From an uncultured Planctomycetota bacterium (GTDB taxonomy: Bacteria > Planctomycetota > Planctomycetia > Isosphaerales > Isosphaeraceae): 64,000 bases of DNA. Under the pieces are notes generated by a model. It was not told where the DNA came from. It searched no databases and worked only from the letters and a program-made list of their open reading frames with translations. Positions 43,878-55,932 of this stretch are shown here, piece after piece (the stretch's first letter is position 1; the number at the start of each line of letters is the position of its first letter). The position numbers and the translations under genes were made by a program. The stretch spans positions 352,001 to 416,000 of the forward strand of contig CAWGMQ010000005.1 of assembly GCA_963823665.1 (NCBI GenBank), written 5' to 3'.

Positions 43878-45699
43878 ATGAGGTTCTTTCGCATGCGAAT
43901 TCACGACCGACCACTCGAGCCGAACACTTCGCGAACCCATAGAAGTTGGGTCCGATGGGCCAAGGTTGTTGCGGCTGCGGTTCTGGCAGGTGGACTCGTC
44001 ATGGCTGCGATGACTGTGCCGGGATGGTTCTTCGCGATCACTCCCCGCTGGGTCGTGCGCAGAGTGGTCATCACCATGCTGTGGACACTGTTTGGCGTTT
44101 ACTGGATCGCGATACCTGCGGTCCTCCTTGGACTTCTCGGGTCATCATACGTCGTGGCGAGTGCGCGGCGGCGACGAGGTCCTGCTGTGCTAGCAGCGCG
44201 GCTTGCGGGTGCTGCTCCTGTCTTCGAGCTGTCTGGTGGGCTTGATCGCGATCGAGACGGGTTCGGCGATCAAGAACCGCTGGTCGCGCCGGCTGCCGGC
44301 GCTGCCAACGCACTTTCCTGTTCAAGCGAGCGCCAAGGCGGATTCGGATGGCGATCTCTATCTCGTGGTCGTCGGTGAGTCAAGTGCTCGAGGTGAGCCC
44401 TATCACCCGTGGTTGTCGGTGGGCCAGATCGTGGGATGGCAGCTCGAGCGGGTTTTTCCAGGACGCGCGGTGCGAGTGGACGTGCGCGCCGAAGGCGGCC
44501 TGTGCCTCGAGCAGGCCATTCTGCTTCTGCAGAGCCTCGATCGCCGCCCCGATGCGATCATGCTTTTTTCGGGACACAACGAATTCATCACGCGGCTCGG
44601 GCCGACGCGAAACGTGCGGCACTACGTGGAGGAAGGACCGCTCTCCCAGCTTGCTCTCATCGACCTGGCCCGCTCGAAGTCATCGGCAGCCAAACTGATT
44701 CTGGGCACACTCGATAGTTACTACGGCGAACGATCGCCACCGCTCGATTCATCCCGCGCCTTCGTCGATCATCCAGCCCATTCGCCGGAGGAATATCGAT
44801 TCTTATGTGAAGATTTCTCGATGCGGCTCGACGCCTTCACCGACTATTGCCAGGAAATTCGAGCCTTGCCGATCTTGATCATACCGGCCTCGAACGACGG
44901 ATCATTCGAGCCGAATCGCTCGGTGCTCGACGGGTCGACCAGGGCAGATGCTCGTTCCACATTCGAGCAAGACTTTCAAGCCGTGCGAGCGGCTGAGGCC
45001 AGTGCCCCGGAGGCGTCGATTGCCGGTTACCGAAGACTGGCGAAGCAGCACCCCGAGTTCGCCGAGACGCATTATCGCCTGGCGCGGCTGCTGGCCGCGG
45101 CCGGGAAATGGGACGAGGCAAAACGCCACTTTGTCCTGGCGCGCGACCTTGACGGGTTCCTCCTTCGCTGCCCGACCGCGCTTCACGAAGCCTACCGGTC
45201 CGTGGTGCGCCGGCATGGTGCCTTGCTGGTGGATAGCCCGCGGGTCCTCGATCGCCTCGCACCGCATCAAATCCTCGATGACTTTCTCTTCCACGACGCC
45301 CAGCACCCGAACCTGCGCGGCATCGTCGCGCTCGCGAACGACGTTCTGGCACAGCTCAAAGAGCGAAGCGCATTCAACTGGCCTGAATCGACACCGGCCC
45401 CCCGCGTCGACATCACCGAGTGTTCACATCATTTTAATCTCGACGCCCGGAAATGGAGCGAGATCTGTCGTCGTTCGGCGTCATTCTATTTCCGAACGGC
45501 CACGGTGCGGTTTGATCCATCGGATCGGAAGCGAGTCTACGAGGAATACGAGCAAGCGGCCGCCGCGATCGGAGCCGGACGGCCGCCTCTCGAATCGGCC
45601 AACCCGAACATCGCGCTGGCTGCTCGACTGGCCGAGTCGTGGCGAGCGGATGGGTCCACCAGTAGCGCACCGCGTTCGAATGGCTCTGGCGACGATTAA
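43878..45699 (+). CDS. Membrane-anchored SGNH-like + TPR protein (frameshift near 44198)
   Basis: Three TM helices; [51 protein letters not shown] (DxxH). Confidence 0.75.
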
Positions 45700-48402
45700 C
45701 CCGGGGGCCCACGCGCGTCGTCGAGCTCGGCGTTCTGATTATTCCTCAGATCGCAGTGACCGCATTCGTCACGACGGGGTAAGAGCAGTTTCGCGATCAG
45801 ACCGGTCCAACCTGTCTGGTGCGAGGCACCCAAACCGCGGCCGGTCTCCGGCGTGAAAGTACTCGAAGAACGGAATGTAGTCGCGGAAATGCGGGTCGAG
45901 CTGGAGCATCTGGTCGTCGCCAAAGACCGGCCGGCGGCCATCGGGCCCGCGCAGGAAGATTCGGGCCAGACGCTGCGTCAACTCCTGCGCGATTCCACTC
46001 AACGAAAGGAACTTTCCCGAGCGCGTCGGGCACTCGACCTGGAAGTCGTCACCGTAATAGTGGTGGAACTTCTGCAGCGATTCGATGATCAGGAAATTGA
46101 CCGGCAGCCAGACGGGGCCCCGCCAGTTCGAGTTTCCGCCGAAGACGGCGGACTGCGATTCGCCCGGCTCATAGCCTACGCCCAACCTGGTGCCATCGCA
46201 CGAGAATTCGAACGGGTGCTGGCCATGGTGACGTGAAAGCGAGCGCACACCGTAATCCGACAGGAATTCCGATTCGTCAAGAGCTCTTCTCAAGAGCTTT
46301 TTCATGCGGCTGCCGCGCAAGAGAGAGAGCAGCCTGCGCTCGCCTGAGCCCGGTTCTTCCCAGCGTGAGATGAGCGCCGCTAGCTCGGGCCGATGTTTGA
46401 GCAGCCAGCGCAGGCGGGCGTGAAAGTCCGGGAGCCGCTCGAGCATCTCGGGCTCGAGAGTTTCGACTGCGAACAGCGGGATCAAGCCGACAATTGACCG
46501 CACGCGCAGCGTGACAGCCCGGTCTCCGCCTGCGATCAAGCGGTCGTAGTAGAATTGGTCTTCCTGGTCCCAGAGCGACGAACCGCCCTCGCCCATGTGG
46601 TTCATTGCGAAAGCGATGCCCAGGAAATGCTCGAAGAACTTGCTGGCGATGTCCTGGTAGACCGGGTTGCCAATCGCAAGCTCGAGCGCGATCCGCATGA
46701 GGTTCAGGGAGTACATCGCCATCCAGGCGGTGGCGTCGGCCTGCTCGAGACGACTGCCGTCACCCACCGGCTGGTTGCGATCGAAGACGCCGATGTTATC
46801 CAGGCCGAGAAAGCCGCCGTGGAAGATATTTCGGCCCTGTGCGTCCTTGCGATTGACCCACCACGTGAAGTTGAGCAGGAGCTTGTGGAAGACTCGCTCC
46901 AGGAACATCGTGTCGCCGCGACCGCCGCGCGCTTTGCGGTCGATTTGAAAGACTCGCCAGGCAGCCCAGGCGTGCACCGGCGGATTGGCATCGGAAAACG
47001 CCCATTCGTAGGCGGGCAACTGCCCACTCGGATGCATGTACCATTCACGGGTCAGCAGAACCAGTTGCTCCTTGGCGAAATCGGCGTCGACGAGTGCCAG
47101 GGTGATGCAGTGAAATGCCAGGTCCCACGCGGCATACCAGGGGTATTCCCACTTGTCCGGCATCGACACGATGTCGGCATTGTTGAGATGGGTCCATTCG
47201 TGATTTCGCCCCGCGCGGCGCGCTGCCGGAGGTGACGGCTGCAGCGGATCGCCTTCCAGCCAGCGCGGGACGTCGTAATGATAATACTGCTTGCTCCAGA
47301 TCATGCCGGCGAACGCCTGCCGCTGCACCTGGGCGGAGTCGCGGCACTCGAGCCCGCGCCCAAGACTATCGTAGAACTCGCCGGCTTCATTGCGTCGAGA
47401 TTCGACAATTTCGTCATGATCGTCGAAAGGCCGGTCGAGGTGCTCCCGGCCTAGTCGAAGCCGCACGGGCAAACAGCCGCCGGCGGGCACATCAAAGACG
47501 TAGTGGAAGGCCGCTTTCGTGCCGCATTGGCGCGGATTCACGGCCGACGGATCACCCCGCACGATGTAATCATGAAACGCATCTTTCCAGTATCCCTCGA
47601 CTGGAGGAGTGCCGAAGAGCCGATGGCGATTCGTTTCGTTTTCACAGAACAAGAGCTTGCCGGCAGGCTCGCCATGCAGGAAGTAATCGCCCAGACCCCG
47701 TTGCCGCGCGTGCAGCGTGCTCTCTGAGTGCTGGCTGATCTCCGGCCGCGGCTGCGACGTCGGCCGCCAGGACCAGGTATTGCGAAACCAGCACTGCGGC
47801 ACGAGATGGAGCACCGCTTGAACAGGGCCGCGATTGTAGATCGTGACGCGGAGCAGGATATCCGTAGGCGACGCCTTGGCAAATTCCACGAAGACGTCGA
47901 AATAGCGATTCTCGCCGAAGATGCCGGTATCGATCAGCTCAAACTCGCTCTGGTCTCTTCGTCGCCTGCGATTCTCGGCAAGGAGCTGCGCGTAGGGAAA
48001 CTCGGATTGAGGATATTTGTACAACATCTTCATGTAGGAATGCGTCGGCGTGGCGTCGACGTAGTAGTAGAGCTCCTTGACGTCTTCACCGTGGTTGCCC
48101 TCGCCGTTTGCCAGCCCGAAGAGCCGCTCCTTGAGGAGCGGATCGCGGCCGTTCCAGAACGCCAGCGAGAGGCAGAGCCGGCACTGCGAGTCGGACCAGC
48201 CGGCGATTCCGTCTTCACCCCAGCGATAGGCACGCTGGTGCGCATGATCAAACGGAAAGTAAGTCCAGCTATCGCCGCTTGAGCTGTAGTCTTCGCGGAC
48301 GGTGCCCCACTGACGATCGGAGACGTACGGCCCCCACAGCCGCCAGGGGGCGGACATTGATCGAGACTCGTCCAGTCGCATTTGTTCGGCGGTCTGCGTC
48401 AT
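45696..48402 (-). CDS. MGH1-like / GH63 glycoside hydrolase (frameshift near 45850)
   Basis: [70 protein letters not shown]-terminal [12 protein letters not shown] in the shifted frame. Confidence 0.92.
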
Positions 48403-48526
48403 GGGAGTAAAGTGTAATCAATAACGGCTGTCCGGCGGCGACAAACATGGTAAATTCGGAGGTTTCTTTTTCGCGACGCCCAAGAGGCGCGACATTTCCC
48501 AGTTCCGTTCACTTCAGGGATTTCGC

Positions 48527-49998
48527 ATGACATCTGACGCCCCTGCGCAGCCGAGTGACCTGGAGCCGACGATGCTCGACACCGAGCCGCTCTACCCGCC
48601 GCCTGTCGACGTCCGAGCTTTGGATGAGCTTCTTTCCGAGACCACGCCCAAGCCGGAAGCCCTGCCGGTTTCGAGCGCGGAGCGTTATTTCACCGTCGAC
48701 GTGCTGCGCGGTTTCGCGCTGCTCGGGATCCTGGCAATGAACATCGTGAGCTTCGGCTGGCCGTGGCCCGCTTATGGCGACCCCACGCGCGGGGGCGGGT
48801 TCCGGGGGCTCGATCGAGCGATCTGGTTTTTCAATCATCTCGTTTTTGAAGAGAAGATGATGACGATTTTCTCGATGCTCTTCGGCGCGGGGCTGGTCTT
48901 GATGGACACTCGGGCACTTGCGCGCGGGGCGAGTATTGGCAGGGTCTACTATCGACGCGTTCTCTGGCTGCTCGCGATCGGCCTCGTTCACTCCTACTTG
49001 ATCTGGATTGGCGACATTCTGGTTCTTTATGCCGAATGCGGTCTGCTGCTTTACTTTTTCCGCAACCTGAAGCCGCTTGCGTTGATCGTCTGCGGAATCC
49101 TGTCGCTGCTTGTGCTGGTGCCGATCAACCTGGGATTCGCGGCGATGGCTGATTCGATGCAGGACGCGGCCGCGCGGGTGGAGGCTCAGAAGTCGGCCGG
49201 CGAAAAACCGAGCCCGCGCGACGAGCGGCTTGCCAAGTACTGGCATAACGGCTTCAGCGAGTACATCTCTCCAAAACCGGAAGACGAAGAGAAGGGATGG
49301 AAGAAAGAGCTCAAGGCCTATCGCGGGAGTTATCGCGGTATTGTGAGATTCCGGCGCGTCCTTTGTTCTTCTTGCAAACTTTCGGAGCCTTGTTGTTCGG
49401 CATGATCTTCATGGCGGCCGGCCGGATGCTGATCGGCATGGGGCTCATGAAGCTCGGGGTGTTCTCGGGCGAGCGTTCGCGGGGGTTCTACATTGGAATG
49501 GTCGCTCTCGGCTACGGAATCGGCTTGCCGCTCATGGTCTTCGACGCTCTGGAGTTGATCAATCACGAGTTTTCACACGATTACGGACTGCACGGCGGCA
49601 AGTTCTACAATTCCTACGGCAGCGTGGTCGTGGCCCTGGGCCATGTGTGCTTGTTGATTCTCATCGTGAAGAGTGGCGCACTCCACTGGCTCACCAGGCG
49701 GCTGGCCGCGGTGGGAAGAATGGCGCTGTCGAACTATCTGACTCATTCGATTGTTTGCACGACCCTTTTCTACGGCTACGGCTTCGGGCTTTTCGGGCGT
49801 ATCAATCGCACAGGGCTGGCCGGGATCGTCATTTTGATCTGGGTTGCTCAGCTCCTCTACAGCCCGGTCTGGCTCAAGCACTTCCGATTCGGACCAGCCG
49901 AGTGGCTGTGGCGATCGCTTACTTACGGGCGTCCCCAGCCGATGCTGGTTGGGGATCCGCCGAATCCCGCGTCTGCACAGCCGACCAGCGCCCAATAA
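48527..49998 (+). CDS. DUF418 (YeiB-like) membrane protein, copy 1 (frameshift near 49353)
   Basis: DVLRGFALLGILAMNI, FSMLFGAG, GDILVLYA, VGRMALSNYLTHS, RFGPAEWLWRSLTY. Confidence 0.88.
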
Positions 49999-50103
49999 TC
50001 GCTTGCCGCTAACGAAAGACATGTTAAACTCCACGACCGCGCGGAAGCGGTGCAGGCTTGGATTTCGATCAGACTCGTCCCAGCAGCGACGGAAGGTCAG
50101 CAC

Positions 50104-51539
50104 ATGCCAACGGATACAACCGCCGAGCCGGCCGAACTGGAACCGACGGTGCTGGACACCGAACCGAGCTTCACGCCCGGCGATCAAGTGGACAGCAAGG
50201 CCGCGAGCGCCCCAAAGCAGTGGACCGCACCGCGCGCCGAGCCGGTGACGGGGGCCCAGCGCTACTACTCGGTCGACGTTCTGCGCGGCTTTGCGCTCCT
50301 GGGCATTCTGGCGATGAACATCGTCTCCTTCGGCTGGCCGGGGGTCGTGTATGGCAACCCGATGAGCGCCGGTGGGTTCGAGGGGCTCGACCGAGCCATC
50401 TGGTACTTCAATCATCTCTTCTTTGAAATGAAGATGATGACCACGTTCTCGATGCTCTTCGGCGCGGGGCTGGTGCTCATGGACCAGCGGGCCGAGGCGC
50501 GCGGGCGCGGATTCGCGGCGTCTACTACCGCCGTGTGCTCTGGCTGCTGGTGATCGGCCTCGTGCATGCGTACCTGATCTGGAGCGGCGACATCCTCGTG
50601 CTCTACGCCGAGTGCGGGCTGTTGCTCTACTTCTTCCGAAACCTGGCTCCGCGCACGTTGATCATTCTCGGAATCGCCGCACTGCTCTACCTCGTTCCGA
50701 TTCTCCTCGTGATCTCGAGCGGCGTCGACTCCACAAAGGATTTCTTTCAGCAAGCAGACGCCCGCATACTGGCGCGACAGGAAGCCGGTCAGGAGCCGGA
50801 ACTGCGCGACCGGGCTGCCCAGCTTGTGTGGCACGGTTGGATGGCGGAGCAGTTCCGAGAGTCGCCGGCAAAACAGATCCAGGGGTTGAATGACAGCATC
50901 AAGATCCATCGCGGCAGTTACTGGGGCATCGTGAAGGATCGCAGTGGAGGTCTGCTGGCTGAACACACCATCGGGTTTGTGCTGGCGGGATGGAGCCTGG
51001 CGATGGGTCGAATGCTGATCGGGATGGGGCTCATGAAGCTGGGCGTCTTCTCGGCGTTGCGGTCGCGCCGGTTCTATCTCTGGATGATGGCACTCGGCTA
51101 CGGCATCGGCTTGCCGCTGATGGTCTTCGACGCGCAGGCGCTGATTGCGAACAGCTTCTCGGGCACGTATATGATGCACGGCGGGTTGTTCTACAACTTT
51201 TTTGGCAGTTTGGTCGTCGCATTAGGCCACGTCGGGATGCTGATGCTGGTCGTGCAAAGCGGAGCAATCACCTGGCTCACCAATCGGCTGGCGGCAGTGG
51301 GGCGAATGGCGCTCACCAATTATTTGACCCACTCGATCGTCTGCACGACGCTGTTCTACGGATACGGATTCGGCCTCTTTGGCACGATCAACCGCACAGG
51401 GCTTGCGGCCATCGTCTTGATCATCTGGGTCACGCAACTTCTGATCAGCCCGATCTGGCTGCGACATTTCCGCTTCGGCCCGGCAGAGTGGCTGTGGCGC
51501 TCGCTCACCTACTGGAAGCTGCAGCCGATGCGGGTTTAG
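50104..51539 (+). CDS. DUF418 (YeiB-like) membrane protein, copy 2 (frameshift near 50505)
   Basis: Same motifs as copy 1; alignment to copy 1 shows one missing G in GGGG at about 50503-50505. Confidence 0.88.
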
Positions 51540-51576
51540 TCCCGGGGCTCACGCCGATCGAGCCGAGGGAGGGAGC

Positions 51577-51735
51577 GGAGATTTCCGGGCGGGAATGTTG
51601 CGCCAAGTTTCCCCCCTGGAGAAGGGGGGAACCAGGGGTGGCTGTTGAAAACTCGCGGTCTGACGACCGGGGATTTCCTGCCGAGTATGTTGCGCCAAGT
51701 TTCCCCCCCTTTAGAAGCGGGGGCCAGGGGGGGTC
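51577..51735. repeat. Two direct copies (92-bp period) of a C-run/G-run palindromic repeat
   Basis: ATGTTGCGCCAAGTTTCCCCCC at 51595 and 51687, each followed by ..AAG(G/C)GGGG..CCAGGGG. Confidence 0.8.
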
Positions 51736-51797
51736 CGTCAAGGCGGCCGCCATCACAAAACCGTCGCGCAACACATAACGAAGAACCTTTTGGTCAG

Positions 51798-52280
51798 TCA
51801 TTTGGGTTGTTCCCGGTGGCGTTTGAAGAACGTCATGAGTACCTCGCCTGCGACCGCCGAAGGATCTCGCATCAACCCTCTGCGCATTTGCGAACTCATC
51901 TGATCGCGATCAAGCGGCGCGCCATACGCTCGCTTATGCCCCGGCAGCTCACGGATGAAATCGAGGAGGGTGGCAAGAGCGGCTTCAACCCCGTAGCCTG
52001 CCTTCACCTTGATCTCGTAACACAGCACATCCGGATATTCGGGATGAGATAGGCCGCGAACTGGAACCAGAAGAGGGTTGCTTTGACCGGCTGTCCAACG
52101 GGTAAGCCGGCTCGTGATTCCCTCGCCGAAGCGCCGGCGGATGCCGCCCAGAATTCGCTCGATGACTCTGCGCTCGAGAATCGTTGTGTGCTGAAACTGC
52201 AACGTGATGGTCCGTCGATCACCGTCGGCGATGACGTTGAATATCGCCCGATCAAATTCAACGCTGTGGCGCTCGATCAT
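51798..52280 (-). CDS. Hypothetical protein
   Basis: 160 aa ORF with protein-like composition, co-oriented downstream of the sulfatase; no recognised motif. Confidence 0.45.
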   Translation of the reverse strand: MIERHSVEFDRAIFNVIADGDRRTITLQFQHTTILERRVIERILGGIRRRFGEGITSRLTRWTAGQSNPLLVPVRGLSHPEYPDVLCYEIKVKAGYGVEAALATLLDFIRELPGHKRAYGAPLDRDQMSSQMRRGLMRDPSAVAGEVLMTFFKRHREQPK

Positions 52281-52328
52281 GTCGCTGACTCATCATATGA
52301 CCAAAAAGACAAAATACGCGATCCCTCA

Positions 52329-53904
52329 TCAAGGTGCCTTCTTCGCAACTCGGCCGTACGCCTCATCGGGAATCTCGGCTGGAACCTTCAGCTCAATGCG
52401 CAGGCGCTCGAGCTCGCGCTTCAAATCGCCAACGACCCCCTGATTGGCCGGCTCGTCGTAAACGTTTCGGAGCTCGAGCGGGTCTTGCTCCATGTCAAAA
52501 AGCTCCCAGGAATCCAAGTCCGGACTATCGAACCGGACAAATTTGTACCGCCCCGTGACGACGCCATAGTGCGGACGAACGTGGTGCGGAACGGGATACT
52601 CGAAGTACTGGTAGTAGAAACTCTTTCGCCAGTCTGGCGGACTCTCCCCTTTCAGCAGCGGAACCAGGCTCCTCCCCTGCATGTCGCCGGGAATCGGCAA
52701 GCCGGCGGCTTCGAGGAACGTCTCGGCAAAGTCGATGTTGGAGACAATGCTCGAGCTCGTGCCCCCCGGCTTGACGATACCCGGCCAGCGCACGAGCAGC
52801 GGTGAACGCAATGATTCCTCGAAGATCCAGCGTTTATCGAACCAGCCATGCTCGCCCAGATAGAAGCCTTGATCCGACGTGTAAACGACGATGGTGTCGC
52901 GCGCCAGGCCAGCGCCGTCCAGGAACGCGAGCAGGCGGCCCACGCTCTCGTCCACGGCGTGCAAGCAGCCGAGGTAATCGTGCAGGTAACGCTGATATTT
53001 CCAGCGTACGAGGTCTTCGCCCTGAAGCTTGGCAGCACGAAATGCGGCATTTCGGGGCTCGTAATAGGCGTCCCAGATGCGACGTTCTTCCGGGGTAAGG
53101 ATGGAAGGAGGCGTGAGCTTTAAATCAACCGCGTTCATCGTGCCGGCAATGGTCATGTCCTGGTCGTGCTCAGCCTTGCCGCGCCCGGAGTAGTCGTCAA
53201 AGAGAGTGGCGGGCTCCGGGTAGTGGCGGTCGGCGTCGTGCCCCAGGTGCCGCAGCGCGGGCAGCCACTCGCGATGAGGCGCCTTGTGCTGGCACATGAG
53301 CAGGAAGGGTTTCGACTTGTCCCGCTTGCGCAGCCATTCGAGGCACAGGTCGGTGATGATGTCGGTCGTGTAACCGCTGCTCGCGGACGGGCTCGCCGTT
53401 CTTGATCATCGGCGGATGATAATAGACCCCCTGCCCCGGCAGAATTTGCCAATCGTCGAAGCCGGTCGGGTCGGTGACCAGATGCCACTTGCCGAAGATG
53501 GCGGTCTGGTAGCCCGCGGCTTGCAGCAACTTGGGAAAAGTCGTCTGCGAGCCGTCAAAGCGGCTGTTGGTGTTGTTATAGAAACCGTTTCGATGCGAGT
53601 ACTTGCCGGTCAAGACGGAGGCCCGGCTCGGCCCGCAGATGGAGTTGGGCACGACGCACCGCTCGAAGCGCATTCCTTCCTTGGCCAGGCGATCGATGTG
53701 GGGCGTCTCGATCAGCTTCCGCGGGTCGTTGTAGGCACTGATGGCTTGAAACGCGTGGTCGTCGCTGAAAATGAAAACGATGTTCGGCCGGCGAGCTTGA
53801 GCGGGCTCAGAAGGCGCTTCCGCGCGGATTCTGGACGCGGTGAAACTCAGGGCCAACGCCGCGACCAGCATCCAAGGCACGCCTTGGACCGCGTAACGCT
53901 TCAT
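52329..53904 (-). CDS. Formylglycine-dependent sulfatase (S1) (frameshift near 53376)
   Basis: Signal peptide, PNIVFIFSDDH, CGPSRASVLTG (CxPxR), GKWHL, HKAPH, YTSDQG, FDKRWIFEES. Confidence 0.93.
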
Positions 53905-53971
53905 GATGATTAGGCCTCCCCGACCTGACGAGCCTGGGTGCATTCTAACGGTTCCGCGAGGCCTTTCAAAC

Positions 53972-55123
53972 TCACTCAATCGCGAAGGTGGTTCTGCCGA
54001 AGACTTTGGGATCATTCAACTGGGTGACCTTGATGTTCTCGGCTCCGGCCTTGCCGAAGGTGGCCGCGTCGAAGAACGTGTGCGACCCGTGATCGGCCGG
54101 TGTGAACGTGTACGACTGCGGAGCGAAATTCGCCAAGCCGGTCGACTGAGGCGGCGGTGCGCTGATATGGAGGCTGGCATATACCGATGGGGGGAAGGTT
54201 GTCCAGGAATCCGTGGGGCTGGTGAAGATCACCGTCCCGGTGTAGTTGGTCACCGGCTGGCCATGCGTGTTGATAGCGGTTACCTCGAAGCTCACGGGCT
54301 TGTTGAGCTTGCCGTGACGGACGACGGGCATCACCCGGAACGAGGCGGCCGTGAGTGGAGTGACCAGAACGGTGACCGGGGCCGAGACGCTCCTGGCGAA
54401 ACGATTCGTGTCGGGCACATAAGTGGCCTGGACATGATAAACGCCGACATTTTCCAGCTTGTAGGTCCCGAAGCTGACCTGCTGGCCGAAATTGCTGACG
54501 GTCTCCTCGCCCAAGACGACGGGGTGGCGCGACATCGTGGTCAGCTTGATGATTCCGTCGGGCAGACTGCTGTTGGAGTTTTGAACGCTTGCGTTGAGGG
54601 AAACGAGCTGACCGGTCTCAAACGTGCTGGCCGTGAGCTGGAGGCTCGTGACGGTGGGGGCATTGAGCGTCTGGGGCGTGATCGAGATAGGGAGCGGGGC
54701 CGAGGTGCTCGCCGCGTAGACCTTGTCGGAAGGCAAGAACTGCGCCGCGATCTGGTAAGGGCCGATCGCTGTCAGCTTGTTAGTTAACAGTGAGGCGAAG
54801 TTCTTCGAGTTGACTTTGACAGTGCCCAGAATCACGGGATTGGTTGAATTGACGTAGAATTCGACTTTTCCGTTGATCGGCTTGGCCTTCCCGGCCTTGG
54901 TCACCGGAACCGCGCCCGCGGTTTTGATCGTGGCGAGGAGCGGCACCTTCTGACCCGTTTCGGCGCTGGGGGCCTCCGGTTGAAGAGTGATGATGGTGGG
55001 AGCAGCGGCCGGGGCCATCGTCTGGCTCAGCATGCTTCGCTCTTCCAGCGCTTCCAGGCGAAAGCGCGCGGGGGCTCGACCACGAGGTGAATCCCGACCC
55101 AGAAGGCGCGCGAAATACGACAT
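53972..55123 (-). CDS. Planctomycete extracellular Ig-like domain protein
   Basis: RFRLEALEERSMLS export motif; Ig-like strands; NYTGTVIFTS..YTFTPADHGSHTF. Confidence 0.8.
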   Translation of the reverse strand: MSYFARLLGRDSPRGRAPARFRLEALEERSMLSQTMAPAAAPTIITLQPEAPSAETGQKVPLLATIKTAGAVPVTKAGKAKPINGKVEFYVNSTNPVILGTVKVNSKNFASLLTNKLTAIGPYQIAAQFLPSDKVYAASTSAPLPISITPQTLNAPTVTSLQLTASTFETGQLVSLNASVQNSNSSLPDGIIKLTTMSRHPVVLGEETVSNFGQQVSFGTYKLENVGVYHVQATYVPDTNRFARSVSAPVTVLVTPLTAASFRVMPVVRHGKLNKPVSFEVTAINTHGQPVTNYTGTVIFTSPTDSWTTFPPSVYASLHISAPPPQSTGLANFAPQSYTFTPADHGSHTFFDAATFGKAGAENIKVTQLNDPKVFGRTTFAIE

Positions 55124-55340
55124 CCCTTCCTCTTCGGCCCTCAGTGGCCGAGCGACGTGAACCACCCACAGGCCGGGCTGACCGGGAAAACACCCAGAAC
55201 GGGCGCGCAACGAATCGATTTGAGAGAAGACAGGCGGCGGTATCATATTCGCCGGCCCGATCCTGTCAAGTGCGGCTCGGTAACGGGCCGCATTAACTTC
55301 CCGATTTCAGCATCAACCCTCCCACGAACGAAAGCCCTCA

Positions 55341-55776
55341 TTCCGACGCTCCACGTCGGAACGTCCCTCAGGCCGCTCCGCGGCGCGCTCGACGCTGACA
55401 TCCGTGTGTCGCCCTCCTCCGCCCTCCGTCCTCCGCTCTCCGTCCTCCGCTCTCCGTCCTGCGATTTATCCCCTCCCCCGACCTCGTAGTTCGTTTTGTA
55501 TATTCGACGCGCGTCCTTGCCCTGCAACGATTAACGGAATGAACCCCTCCCGCCCCGTTCGTTCCAAACGCATCGGCAGTCCCCACCCCATTGTCGCCCT
55601 GCGCTCCGCGAAGGGATGGTGTTTGCTCTGCTCTCGTGCCGACTCCCATGTTCCAGCAGCAGAAATACGCCTTCGCGGATTGAAGGCCGATTATGCGATT
55701 TCAAGAGCGTTGCAGCCGGCACCGTCCATGGCCCCAACGGGGGCCCTGGTCAATAGCCACGGGCTTCAGCCCTTGG
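55341..55776. repeat. Intergenic mosaic of REP-like hairpins and a heptamer tandem repeat
   Basis: TTCCGACG-ctcca-CGTCGGAA 55341-55361; (CTCCGYY)x6 55417-55458; inverted pair 55589-55615/55669-55695; GGCCCC/GGGGCC and GGGCT-tc-AGCCC hairpins 55730-55776. Confidence 0.7.
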
Positions 55777-55932
55777 CACGGCTTCAACCCTTCGGCCGTC
55801 TCTTCGGCCCAGGTTTCGGATTCCAAAGGATTCTTCCCCCAGTTCGCTCCCGAGGAACGTCGCGCCGACATTCGGGACGCATAGCGGTAACATGGAAGAT
55901 CGCCAGGACCAAAGCCCAACGCCCACACCAGT

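Noticed and set aside
48527..51539. Diversity-generating retroelement TR/VR pair
   Set aside because: Whole-gene paralogy with mismatches not restricted to adenines; no reverse transcriptase in the window.
51577..51735. Mini-CRISPR
   Set aside because: Only two imperfect copies of about 65 bp, no leader or cas genes.
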